Shown: piece after piece, positions 17,004-26,391 of the stretch
Position numbering within the stretch: position 1 is the stretch's first letter
Layout of the letters: every line of letters begins with the position of its first letter
NCBI GenBank assembly: GCA_017560455.1
Contig: JAFZEY010000099.1
Location: 1,294 to 65,293 of the forward strand
Source of the DNA: Alistipes sp.
GTDB taxonomy: Bacteria; Bacteroidota; Bacteroidia; Bacteroidales; Rikenellaceae
Reading direction: 5' to 3'
Length of the DNA: 64,000 nucleotides
Program-made: the position numbers and the translations under genes
Notes under the pieces: generated by a model
What the model was told of the DNA's origin: nothing
Database searches by the model: none
What the model saw: only the letters and a program-made list of their open reading frames with translations

Positions 17004-18356
17004 ATGCAGACTGAAGCACTACTTAAAGCATTCGAGAAGTATGTCGAGCGACACGAACTATTCTCGCACGAGGATAAGATTTTGCTCACCGTATCGGGAG
17101 GAGTCGATTCAATGGTTATGCTGTCGATTTTCATCCGCCTGGGCTACAATGTAGAGGTTGCCCACTGCAACTTCGGTCTGCGAGGCAAGGAGAGTGACGA
17201 GGATACCGAGATGGTCGAGCAGGAGTGCAAGAAGCTCGGTGTGGTGTGTCACACGAAGAACTTCGATACAACGGGCGAGATGGCTCGCACGGGTGACTCT
17301 ATGGAGATGACGGCTCGCCGTCTGCGCTACGAGTGGTTTAACGAGTTGTGCCGCACAGAGGGGTGTAGTGTAATAGCCGTTGCCCACCACGCCAACGACT
17401 CGATCGAGACCTTCTTCATCAATCTGTTGCGAGGCACGGGATTGCGAGGTTTGACAGGCATCAACCGCCAATATGGTCGCGTGGTGCGACCACTGCTCTA
17501 CGCCACACGAAAGGATATTTTGGAGTATGCCGTACATAACCATATTCCATACCGCGAGGACTCATCAAATCGCTCGACAAAGTATCTGCGCAACAAGATA
17601 CGACTCGGTCTGCTCCCGATGTTGCAGGAGATAAATCAGCGATTCACACCGCTGATGCGCGGAAATCTCTACCGACTCAACGACGCACAACGATTTATAG
17701 ATGTAACTATCGACCATATCCGCGAAACGGCACTGCACAGCGAAAACGGCATCGACACGATAGATGTTTCGGCTATCGATCCGATGTATCCGCGCGACTT
17801 CGTAATCTACGAATTGCTAAACTCCTCGTATGGTTTCAAGGGCGATGTTGTGGAGGAGTTGAACAAGGCATTGAAGAGGGGCGTTACCGACCGCCGATTC
17901 TACTCGCGCGACTATGTTGCCCACCTCGACAGAGGAAATATTATGGTGGCACGCATCGAGGATGAGGACGACTGCGAGGTCGTTGTCGAGCGCGATGATA
18001 TGCGTAGCTACTGTGGCAACTCGGTGCTCTACTACGAGCATACCGACATCGACAATGTAAGTGAGTACCACTTGCCAAGCGATGTGGCACTTATCGACGA
18101 ATCGAAGTTGCAATACCCGCTCCATCTGCGCCGCTGGCGCGAGGGCGACACCTTTATCCCGTTCGGTATGGCGGGCAGAAAGAAGGTTGGCGACTACCTC
18201 ACCGACCAGAAAGTTCCCGTTATAGAACGCAAGCGACAGTTCGTATTGGTGTCGGGCGAGGATATCGTATGGGTGGTAGGCCGCCGCACCGACGACCGAT
18301 TCCGCATAGGTCCTAACACCGAGAATATTCTTAAAGTCACAAAAATAACCATATAA
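17004..18356 (+). CDS. tilS: tRNA(Ile)-lysidine synthetase
   Basis: PP-loop SGGVDS, ARRLRY, AHHANDSIET and YLRNKIR. Confidence 0.95.
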   Translation: MQTEALLKAFEKYVERHELFSHEDKILLTVSGGVDSMVMLSIFIRLGYNVEVAHCNFGLRGKESDEDTEMVEQECKKLGVVCHTKNFDTTGEMARTGDSMEMTARRLRYEWFNELCRTEGCSVIAVAHHANDSIETFFINLLRGTGLRGLTGINRQYGRVVRPLLYATRKDILEYAVHNHIPYREDSSNRSTKYLRNKIRLGLLPMLQEINQRFTPLMRGNLYRLNDAQRFIDVTIDHIRETALHSENGIDTIDVSAIDPMYPRDFVIYELLNSSYGFKGDVVEELNKALKRGVTDRRFYSRDYVAHLDRGNIMVARIEDEDDCEVVVERDDMRSYCGNSVLYYEHTDIDNVSEYHLPSDVALIDESKLQYPLHLRRWREGDTFIPFGMAGRKKVGDYLTDQKVPVIERKRQFVLVSGEDIVWVVGRRTDDRFRIGPNTENILKVTKITI

Positions 18357-18362
18357 TACCCT

Positions 18363-19427
18363 ATGGCAGAAAAAGTTTCATTCGCTTCGTGCGAGGCCGA
18401 GTTCAACCGCTTGATGGGCGACATCAAGGCGCGGAAGTTTGCCCCTATCTACCTCTTGCAAGGCGAGGAGCTATACTTTATCGATGCGTTGTGCGATGCT
18501 CTCAGCGAGGGTATTATGGATGAGTCGATGCGCGCATTCAACCAGATTGTGATATATGGCAACGACACCGATGGCGGTACCGTAGCGAGCTACTGCCGTC
18601 AGCTACCGATGATGGGCGAATACGAGGCAATAATTGTCAAGGAGGCGCAACAGCTCGAGAAGATCGAGTTGCTCAACTCCTACACCGCATCGCCACAGCC
18701 CTCGACCATACTTGTCCTTTGCCACAAGGGCAAGGCAATGGACCGCCGAACGCCGCTATACAAGAGCATCAAGGCGAAGGGCGTAGTCTTCGACTCCGTC
18801 TCGCCACGCGACTATGAGGCGGAGCGTTGGCTCTCGGGCTTTGCCGCAAAGAAGGGGTTGAAGATTGACTCGACAAGCAGCAAGATATTGGTGGCTCATC
18901 TCGGAATTGACATTTCGAAGATTAGTAACGAGCTCGAGAAGATGATTGTATCGTTACCAAAGGAGCGCACTACAATCACCCCCGAAGATATCGAAAATCA
19001 TATCGGCATCTCGCGCCAATTCAACAACTACGAGCTGAGCAATGCTGTGCTCGACCGCCAGCTCGAAAAGGCCCTCACGATTGCGCAGTATATGGGCGAA
19101 AATCCTAAGGCCTACCCGCTGTTGCTGACCGTGAAGGTGCTGTACGACTCGTTCCGCCAACTCTTTACCTATAATTATATATGCTGGGATTCGCGCCGCC
19201 GAGGTGTCGCCATACCCGACCAGGGAGAGTTGTGCCGCATTATGCGACTCAACAACCCATACTTCTTGAAGGATATCTCGCGCCGTGCGCCGATGTGGCC
19301 TAACGGCAGAGTATTCCAAATTCTCGGTCTTTGTGCCGAGTACGACGCCAAGAGCAAGGGTATCGACGACGGCGGAGCTTCGAATGGCGAGCTTTTGCGC
19401 GAATTTATCCTTAAAATTATGATGTAG
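18363..19427 (+). CDS. holA: DNA polymerase III delta subunit
   Basis: APIYLLQGEELYFID, FNQIVIYG, NELEK and IGISRQFNNYEL (Bacteroidetes HolA pattern). Confidence 0.88.
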   Translation: MAEKVSFASCEAEFNRLMGDIKARKFAPIYLLQGEELYFIDALCDALSEGIMDESMRAFNQIVIYGNDTDGGTVASYCRQLPMMGEYEAIIVKEAQQLEKIELLNSYTASPQPSTILVLCHKGKAMDRRTPLYKSIKAKGVVFDSVSPRDYEAERWLSGFAAKKGLKIDSTSSKILVAHLGIDISKISNELEKMIVSLPKERTTITPEDIENHIGISRQFNNYELSNAVLDRQLEKALTIAQYMGENPKAYPLLLTVKVLYDSFRQLFTYNYICWDSRRRGVAIPDQGELCRIMRLNNPYFLKDISRRAPMWPNGRVFQILGLCAEYDAKSKGIDDGGASNGELLREFILKIMM

Positions 19428-19430
19428 GGG

Positions 19431-20147
19431 ATGGCTTACATCTACGAACATATCCGCACGCAGGGCTACGACCCTATCTACTTCGAGGAGCACTACACCC
19501 GACTCGACTCCTTGGCGCGCACCTACTTTCACGAGCCGTTGAAGACGACACGCGAAGTGCTTCGCAAAGCCATTGCCGAGTGTTTAAAGGAGGAGCAGTT
19601 CTCTCCAAAAATGATGAATGTGGTGCGCGTGAGATGTTTCGCTGATGGTACATTCAAGGTCGAAGCCGGCTGGATGATTTACAACACCTTCTCGCTCCGC
19701 GCCCTACACCCGCAGGCACACTTCTGCCGAGTATCGGGCTCTCTTCTTACGGACAACACCTCCGCAAAAGAGGCGCTCGTGGAGTTCAATCAGGCCTCTG
19801 CCTTTACCGCCAACGAGGGGGTTGCCGTATGGGCAACCGAGCAGGGAGAGGTTGTCGCCATCGATGGAGCACCCGTAATTGCCATTTTCGAGGATGAGAT
19901 AAAGTTCTCGCGCGCAGGTCAAGGCGTCGAATTCGACCTCGCCTACGATGTTGTCTGCAAGATGAAACACAAGGTGGTGAGAGGCGAAATACGCATCGAG
20001 GAGCTATCCCAAGCCAAGGAGTTGCTCTACATCGACTATCGCGGCATTACGGCGGTGCAGACGCTCGACAATTCAACAATCTATATGGATATCTTGGCCG
20101 AGAAGATTGCAGCGCATATTGCCGAGAGGGAGTCATCCAACATCTAA
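19431..20147 (+). CDS. Divergent fold-type IV aminotransferase/PabC-like hypothetical protein
   Basis: N-terminal IYEHIR...FEEHYTRL and C-terminal IRIEELSQAKELLYIDYRGITAV resemble class IV aminotransferases. The middle is poorly conserved. Confidence 0.5.
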   Translation: MAYIYEHIRTQGYDPIYFEEHYTRLDSLARTYFHEPLKTTREVLRKAIAECLKEEQFSPKMMNVVRVRCFADGTFKVEAGWMIYNTFSLRALHPQAHFCRVSGSLLTDNTSAKEALVEFNQASAFTANEGVAVWATEQGEVVAIDGAPVIAIFEDEIKFSRAGQGVEFDLAYDVVCKMKHKVVRGEIRIEELSQAKELLYIDYRGITAVQTLDNSTIYMDILAEKIAAHIAERESSNI

Positions 20148-20234
20148 CTCTCACAAGTAGGAGTTTTTCTAAAAAATATATATTGACAAAGGGGTTTTGA
20201 TGTGTTATATTTGCACTCAAAATCCCTTTTACAT

Positions 20235-20828
20235 ATGAAAAAATTTCTACTCATCTATGCGATGGGAGCGACACTGCTGCTCATCGCGTGCATGGCGACA
20301 TTGCGCCATTCGCACCTCGAGGTCGCACGACTTCGCAACAATAACGAGGCTCTCTCCTCCGAAACCAAACTCTACAAGATACGCTACAACGACTCCGCAG
20401 CATCGGTCGTAGCAATGCAACTCCAACTCAAAGAGTACAAGGAGCAACACGCGCGCGATGCAAAGCAGATAAGGGCTCTCGACCTACAACTGCGGCGTGT
20501 AGAGAGCACGGCAAAGGCCGCCACGCAGAGCGAGGTGCATTTCGTCGCGCCACAAATCGACACGATTATACTTCGCGACACACTGTCGCAATTTCGTTGG
20601 CACGACAAATGGGTCGATATCGAAGGTACCATCCGAGGCGATAGCGTGGAGTGCACAATCGAAAGTATAGACACCCTTCAGCAAGTGATACATCGTGTAC
20701 CTCGTCGCTTTTGGTTTATTCGCTACGGCACAAAGGCGATACGCCAGGAGGTCGTCTGCTCCAACCCCCACACCCGCATCGTATATGCCGAGTATATCGA
20801 ACTACCAAAACGACACCGAAAGAGATAA
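20235..20828 (+). CDS. DUF6549-like membrane-anchored coiled-coil protein
   Basis: N-terminal TM, coiled coil, and C-terminal RRFWFIRYGTKAIRQEVVCSNPHTRI. It has its own promoter, TATATTTG at 20206-20213. The family name is from memory. Confidence 0.65.
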   Translation: MKKFLLIYAMGATLLLIACMATLRHSHLEVARLRNNNEALSSETKLYKIRYNDSAASVVAMQLQLKEYKEQHARDAKQIRALDLQLRRVESTAKAATQSEVHFVAPQIDTIILRDTLSQFRWHDKWVDIEGTIRGDSVECTIESIDTLQQVIHRVPRRFWFIRYGTKAIRQEVVCSNPHTRIVYAEYIELPKRHRKR

Positions 20829-20872
20829 AAAAAGCGGAGAGCCGAAATATTCAGCTCTCCACTCTATTTTTG
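20828..20872. terminator. Bidirectional terminator between convergent genes
   Basis: A-tract-GCGGAGAGCCGAA-ATA-TTCAGCTCTCCAC...T-tract, an imperfect hairpin. Confidence 0.65.
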
Positions 20873-20884
20873 ATGCGCCTTTAA

Positions 20885-21976
20885 TTACTTCGCAGGCTCA
20901 GTCTCTGTTGCAGGAGCAACCTCCTCAACAACAGGAGCCTCAACAGTAGCAGGCTTAACATCGATAAGCTCTACCTCGAACTCCAAAGCCTCGTTAGGAC
21001 CGATCATCTGACCTGCACCACGGCGACCATATGCCAACTCAGCAGGGATGTACAACATGATCTTACCACCAGGACCAACGAGCTTCATACCCTCAGTCCA
21101 ACCCTTGATAACGCGGTTGAGTGGGAACTCGATTGGCTCCTCCTCCTCGATAAGGTTACCCTTCTCGTCGAACATATGAGGACGATAGAGGCGGAACTGC
21201 TCCTGCTGCTCCTTAGAACGGTTCTCGAAACGCGATGCATCGAATACGGTACCATCCTGCAACTTACCTACATAGTGAACCTGAACAGTATCCTCGTCCA
21301 TCTTTGCAGCACGCTCCATATCACCGGCCTTAACAACCTTATAGAGCAAGCCGCTCTCGGTCTTCTTTACGCCGAATGCCTTCTCCTTCTTCTCGAGCCA
21401 CTTAGCCGAACGCTCTGCGATCTCTGCAGGACGAGTTACCATGAAGTAGTTCTGCAAGAAGCCCATAACATCCTGCTGCGAAATCTCGGTGCTACCCTCG
21501 TAAGCATCCTGCAAGCCCTTGAGCATCCAGTAGTACTTAACAGGGAAGTTGTTCTTTGCAACATTGTTACCGATATCGTTACCAAATGCATACGATACCT
21601 CCTCGCACTCCTCCTCGCTTATAAAGAAGTTAAAGGTTGCAGTCGAGTCAGCCAGCAAAGCCTCCTGCTGTGCAGCACGACGCTCTGCAAGTGTCTCGCT
21701 GAAGAACTTACGAAGAAGCTCGATAGACTCCTCGTGTGACTGCTTTGCCTTGTTAGTCAAACCACCCTGAAGACCCTTCTTGAGGACTTCAACATTGAAT
21801 GGAACATCACCAAGCTGCTGCTTAACGCTGCTACCGATATTTGCGCCAAGGCAATAAGACAACGAATCCAAAGTCGCAGTATCGCCCTTAACAACCTTAA
21901 CGCCCTTGCTACCACCGCAAGAGCTTACCAATGCAGCACATGCGAGCACTGCCATTGCCATAAAAATCTTTTTCAT
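20885..21976 (-). CDS. FKBP-type peptidyl-prolyl isomerase lipoprotein with two FKBP_N domains
   Basis: Lipobox LVSSC. Two N-domain motifs, DSLSYCLG and EEVSYAFG. C domain has [24 protein letters not shown] and IPAELAYG. Confidence 0.9.
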   Translation of the reverse strand: MKKIFMAMAVLACAALVSSCGGSKGVKVVKGDTATLDSLSYCLGANIGSSVKQQLGDVPFNVEVLKKGLQGGLTNKAKQSHEESIELLRKFFSETLAERRAAQQEALLADSTATFNFFISEEECEEVSYAFGNDIGNNVAKNNFPVKYYWMLKGLQDAYEGSTEISQQDVMGFLQNYFMVTRPAEIAERSAKWLEKKEKAFGVKKTESGLLYKVVKAGDMERAAKMDEDTVQVHYVGKLQDGTVFDASRFENRSKEQQEQFRLYRPHMFDEKGNLIEEEEPIEFPLNRVIKGWTEGMKLVGPGGKIMLYIPAELAYGRRGAGQMIGPNEALEFEVELIDVKPATVEAPVVEEVAPATETEPAK

Positions 21977-22071
21977 ACTTCTATTAATTATGTATTTACT
22001 TAAAAATTAGTTTCTAAATCGTCACCACTTTGACGCGCAAAGATAGTCAATTTTTCCGATTAACAATAGAC

Positions 22072-22749
22072 TTATCGTCTATTATATTTAATATCGAGAA
22101 TCTCGACATCGTAGTTGAGCAGAACATTCGAGCCAACGCCCAACTCCTTGTTACCCTCGATATCGTAGGCTGTTTTCGATGGTAGCCAAGCGTTAAAAGT
22201 TGCCCCCTTGCCGGCAATCCTCACCACCTCCTGCAAGCCATTGACAAGGTTGCGATACGAATCACGCAGGGTGTCGGCCTCGACAATTACGCGGCCGCTG
22301 TCGTCGGTAATCTTGTAGGCAATCTTCACCGTATCGCGCGAAGACATCGAGCCCACATGGCTCTGGTCGCCGAGTTTTAAAATCTTATAGGTCACACCGC
22401 TGCGGGTACGGACATACTTGCGGTCACGCTTGCTCAAATCGGCAAGATACTGCTCCTGGTAGGCCTTCGCCTTCTCGTGTACGAAGTAGGTCTTCTCGGC
22501 GAGGTAGTAGTCGCGAGCCTCTTCCATGCTCATCTTCGGCGTTGCGTTATAAACATCGCGGATAGCGGCACAAACAGCCTCGACATTGAGCGTAGAGTCC
22601 ATCTCCAAAAGGGCGTGGCCTACATTCAATCCAATGACATAGGAGAGAGTGTCGGACTCGCCGCCTAGCTTCGACATACGCTTTCCGCACGAAAAAAATG
22701 TAGCGCCAAAGAGGAGCGACAGAGCGATATATTTTACAAGTTTCATCAT
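22072..22749 (-). CDS. Divergent FKBP-type PPIase-like lipoprotein
   Basis: Lipobox FFSC, DTLSYVIG, RSGVTYKILKLG and a degenerate C domain (GLQEVV, LPSKTAY). Confidence 0.75.
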   Translation of the reverse strand: MMKLVKYIALSLLFGATFFSCGKRMSKLGGESDTLSYVIGLNVGHALLEMDSTLNVEAVCAAIRDVYNATPKMSMEEARDYYLAEKTYFVHEKAKAYQEQYLADLSKRDRKYVRTRSGVTYKILKLGDQSHVGSMSSRDTVKIAYKITDDSGRVIVEADTLRDSYRNLVNGLQEVVRIAGKGATFNAWLPSKTAYDIEGNKELGVGSNVLLNYDVEILDIKYNRR

Positions 22750-22888
22750 ATTTATTCCCTTCTTTTTTGGTCGTTATCCGACCATTCAAGCGACAAATTT
22801 ACAAAAATTATTATTAAAAACATACAACCTTATTCCAAACCTGCTATATTTGTGCTAAATTTGTATCGTTTAGAGTGTGCAACAAGCG

Positions 22889-23884
22889 ATGAAGATTATA
22901 GTTGATAGGGCAATCCCATTTTTGCAGGGTGTATTGGAGCCGTTTTGCGAGGTGGAATACATTGAGGGCAACCGCTTTACGAGCGAGATTGTCCGAGATG
23001 CCGACGCCCTCATAGTACGCACTCGTACTCGTTGCAACGCCGCACTCCTCGAGGGCTCGCGCGTGCAGTTTATCGCATCTGCAACCATAGGCCTCGACCA
23101 TATCGACATCGACTACTGCCTCTCGCACAACATCACCGTCACAAATTCGGCAGGATGCAACGCCCGCGGTGTTTTGCAGTGGGTATCGGCAGCATTGGCA
23201 CTCCTCTCCAAGAGGGAGGGATTTCGTCCCGAAGAGCGCACACTCGGCATTGTCGGAGTGGGAAATGTGGGTAAGCTGATAAAAGCTTACGCCGAAGATT
23301 GGGGCTTTCCTACAATATGTTCCGACCCGCCGCGCCAAGAACGCGAAGGCGGCGATTTTGTTGAGCTCGAAGAGGTTCTGCGAAAGGCCGATATCGTGAC
23401 TCTGCACACCCCGCTCAACGACACTACGCGCAACCTTATCAATAGCGAAAATATAGCGTTTCTCCATTCGGGAGCAGCGCTCATAAACGCCTCTCGCGGA
23501 GAGTGTCTATCCACTGAGGCAACACGCCGCAACGACTTGACCTACATCACCGATGTTTGGGAAGGAGAGCCGGACCTCGATGACGAATATCTCGCAAAGT
23601 CGCTCGTTTCAACCCCTCATATAGCGGGTTACTCGGCACAAGGTAAGGCCAACGCCTCGGCAATGGCCGTGCAGGCCGTGGCACGCCACTTTGCACTGCC
23701 GCTTACCTCTTGGTACCCTTGCGAGGTTAAACGAGTGGAACCTAAAAAGATTTCGTGGGAGGAGATGTGCTCCACCATCGAAGAGTACTGCAACCTACGA
23801 GCCGAGAGCGAAACATTGCAACAATCGCCCGAAAAGTTTGAGGCGTTACGCAATACTTATCGTTACAGAGAGGAGTATTTCTAA
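22889..23884 (+). CDS. pdxB: Erythronate-4-phosphate dehydrogenase
   Basis: LIVRTRT, ATIGLDHID, GVGNVG, DVWEGEP and TPHIAGYS. ATG start at 22889. Confidence 0.9.
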   Translation: MKIIVDRAIPFLQGVLEPFCEVEYIEGNRFTSEIVRDADALIVRTRTRCNAALLEGSRVQFIASATIGLDHIDIDYCLSHNITVTNSAGCNARGVLQWVSAALALLSKREGFRPEERTLGIVGVGNVGKLIKAYAEDWGFPTICSDPPRQEREGGDFVELEEVLRKADIVTLHTPLNDTTRNLINSENIAFLHSGAALINASRGECLSTEATRRNDLTYITDVWEGEPDLDDEYLAKSLVSTPHIAGYSAQGKANASAMAVQAVARHFALPLTSWYPCEVKRVEPKKISWEEMCSTIEEYCNLRAESETLQQSPEKFEALRNTYRYREEYF

Positions 23885-23890
23885 AAAGTT

Positions 23891-23918
23891 TTCCACTTTC
23901 CGTTTTCCGTTTTCCGCT
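23891..23918. repeat. Heptamer tandem repeat (TTCCGTT-like)x4
   Basis: ttccact ttccgtt ttccgtt ttccgct, just upstream of TACCTTTG (23927-23934). Confidence 0.8.
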
Positions 23919-23941
23919 AATTTATATACCTTTGCGACGCA

Positions 23942-25012
23942 ATGAAGAGAGTATTACACCTCATATCACGCCTTCTTGGTGCAGAACGAGCCCACTCGTG
24001 CTGCCTTGTTTTGTTGCGTATTGCCGACAAGGTGCCTATGGTAAAGTGGTTGCTACACAAGCTCTACGCCATCGAGGATAGCTCCCTGGAGCGCGAGGTG
24101 TTCGGTATCCACTTCCGCAACCCGATTGGTCTGGCTGCCGGTTTCGACCGCAATGGCGAGGTATTCCGCCCACTCTCGGCACTCGGCTTCGGCTTTGTCG
24201 AAATTGGCACCGTAACTCCGCGACCACAGCAGGGCAACCCAAAGCCCCGCATCTTCACACTCCCCGAGGATAATGCAATACTCAACCGCATAGGTCTTGC
24301 ATCGAAGGGCTTCGAGGCTGTTTTGGAGAATGTACGCAAGGAGCACAAAGGCATCGTTCTCGGTTGTAACATCGGCAAAAACACCGTAACACCACCCGAG
24401 GAGGCTCCAATAGACTACTTGCGCGTCTTCCGCAACCTCTACCAATACATGGACTACTTCGCTGTAAATGTCAGCTATAATACCACGCATAAACAGTATA
24501 TACCTCGCTCTCGCGAGAGTATAATGGCCATTCTCGAGCCCCTCTTCGACTTCCGCCGAGGACAGAATCAATATCGCCCGATATTGCTCAAGATATCGCC
24601 CGATTTGACCAACGAGGAGATCGACCTGATGACCGATATTATGGTTGATACACCTCTCGACGGCATTATTGCAACCAACGCTACAACCTTCCACAGCGGA
24701 TTGCAGACCTCACAAGAGGAGTTGCGCAAGTGCGGCGCAGGAGCAGTCAGCGGAGCTCCGCTCACCGAGCGCACCATCGAGATTGTCCGCCGTGTCTATA
24801 CTCGTTGCAACGGCACCTACCCTATTATCGGCGTGGGTGGCCTTATGACAGGCGAAGATGTGAAGCGTATGATGGAGGCGGGCGCTACACTCGTGCAGGT
24901 ATATACGGGATTTATCTACAATGGTGCCGGCTTTGCAGGTGATCTGTGCAAGAGTCTTATCGCTCCCGAGGTAACCGAGCCGACAAGCCCTGCTGCACCC
25001 GAAAATCAATAG
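23942..25012 (+). CDS. pyrD: Class 2 (quinone-type) dihydroorotate dehydrogenase homolog with atypical active-site loop
   Basis: NPIGLAAGFD, EIGTVTPRPQQGNPKPRIF, NIGKN, LLKISPD, IIGVGG and QVYTG. Confidence 0.8.
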   Translation: MKRVLHLISRLLGAERAHSCCLVLLRIADKVPMVKWLLHKLYAIEDSSLEREVFGIHFRNPIGLAAGFDRNGEVFRPLSALGFGFVEIGTVTPRPQQGNPKPRIFTLPEDNAILNRIGLASKGFEAVLENVRKEHKGIVLGCNIGKNTVTPPEEAPIDYLRVFRNLYQYMDYFAVNVSYNTTHKQYIPRSRESIMAILEPLFDFRRGQNQYRPILLKISPDLTNEEIDLMTDIMVDTPLDGIIATNATTFHSGLQTSQEELRKCGAGAVSGAPLTERTIEIVRRVYTRCNGTYPIIGVGGLMTGEDVKRMMEAGATLVQVYTGFIYNGAGFAGDLCKSLIAPEVTEPTSPAAPENQ

Positions 25013-25015
25013 AAG

Positions 25016-26260
25016 ATGAAAGCTACAATTATAACTATCGGTGACGAGATTTTGATTGGTCAGATTCTCGACACCAACTCGCGCTACATATCTCGCGCCC
25101 TCAATGCTCACGGCATTGTCGTTGCCGAGCGCACCTCGATAGGCGACAACCGCGCCCAGATAATCGAAACCCTCGACCGCGCCTTGGCGCAGAGCGAGGT
25201 GGTTATCATCACGGGAGGTTTGGGCCCTACAAAGGATGATATCACAAAGCACACCCTATGCGACTACTTCGGCTCGACATTGCGATATGACGAGCGAGAA
25301 GCGGAGCATATACGCACAATGCTGGAGGTACGCAACATCGCCTTCAACGAGCTAAATCGTGGTCAGGCAATGGTACCCGAGTGCTGCACCGTGCTCCACA
25401 ATGCCCACGGCACGGCTCCGGGTATGTGGTTCGAGCGAGAGGGGCGTGTGGTGATATCGTTGCCGGGCGTTCCTTTCGAGATGCAACACCTTATCGATGA
25501 CGAGGTTATGCCTCGCCTTTGCAAGCAGTTCGAGTTGCGCGAGATTGTTCATCGCACGATGATAACATTCGGCATCGCCGAGTCTATCCTGGCCGAGCGC
25601 ATCGCGGCTTGGGAGGATGCTCTGCCCGAATATCTCCACCTCGCCTATCTGCCCGCACCAAATGTGGTGCGATTGCGCCTTTCTGCCTACGAGGTAGAGG
25701 GCAAAGAGGTGAGCCGTGAAATAGACGCTCAATTCACTAAGTTACAAGAGATTATCCCCAACAACATCGCAGGCTTTGAGGAGGCCTCGGTCGAGGAGTT
25801 GGTGCACAATATCCTAACCGAAAAGGGGCTAACCCTTGCCGTAGCCGAGAGCTGCACGGGCGGAGTTATCGCATCGAAATTTACGGCGCAAGCCGGCGCA
25901 TCGACCTACTTCTTGTGCGGTGTAGTGGCGTACAGCAACGATATTAAGTGCAATGTGCTGGGTGTAAAATATGCCGATATCGAACGCGTTGGTGCGGTGT
26001 CGGAGGCCGTTGCCATGTCTATGGCTGACGGAGCAAGAGCCATTTCAGGGGCAAATTTTGCCATTTCAACCACCGGCATAGCAGGCCCTACGGGAGGCTC
26101 GGCCGAAAAACCCGTGGGCACAGTATGGATCGGTATCTCGACACCTACGAAAACATACGCCGTATTAAAGCACTGTGGCACAGACCGTTCACAGATCATA
26201 TCGCGAGCTTCGGCATACGCAATAGCACTGCTCTACGAGGAGTTAAAGTCGATAAAATAA
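25016..26260 (+). CDS. cinA: CinA-family protein (molybdopterin-binding-like + PncC NMN deamidase)
   Basis: IGDEILIGQ, GGLGPTKDDIT, LPGVPFEM, AESCTGG and TGIAGP. Confidence 0.93.
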   Translation: MKATIITIGDEILIGQILDTNSRYISRALNAHGIVVAERTSIGDNRAQIIETLDRALAQSEVVIITGGLGPTKDDITKHTLCDYFGSTLRYDEREAEHIRTMLEVRNIAFNELNRGQAMVPECCTVLHNAHGTAPGMWFEREGRVVISLPGVPFEMQHLIDDEVMPRLCKQFELREIVHRTMITFGIAESILAERIAAWEDALPEYLHLAYLPAPNVVRLRLSAYEVEGKEVSREIDAQFTKLQEIIPNNIAGFEEASVEELVHNILTEKGLTLAVAESCTGGVIASKFTAQAGASTYFLCGVVAYSNDIKCNVLGVKYADIERVGAVSEAVAMSMADGARAISGANFAISTTGIAGPTGGSAEKPVGTVWIGISTPTKTYAVLKHCGTDRSQIISRASAYAIALLYEELKSIK

Positions 26261-26391
26261 ATTCAATCTTGAATTTAGGTTTCAGACAGATGGTGAGATA
26301 TAAATATCTCGCCATTTTTATTTGCTCTTTTTTTTACTACCTTTGCGAGGTTTTAAAGAGCAGAAAAAAATAATTCTAAAAATAAAACATT

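Noticed and set aside
20651-20949. Overlapping o-spanin ORF within the DUF6549-like gene
   Set aside because: Neither alternative-frame ORF (20651-20884, 20695-20949) has a signal peptide or lipobox.
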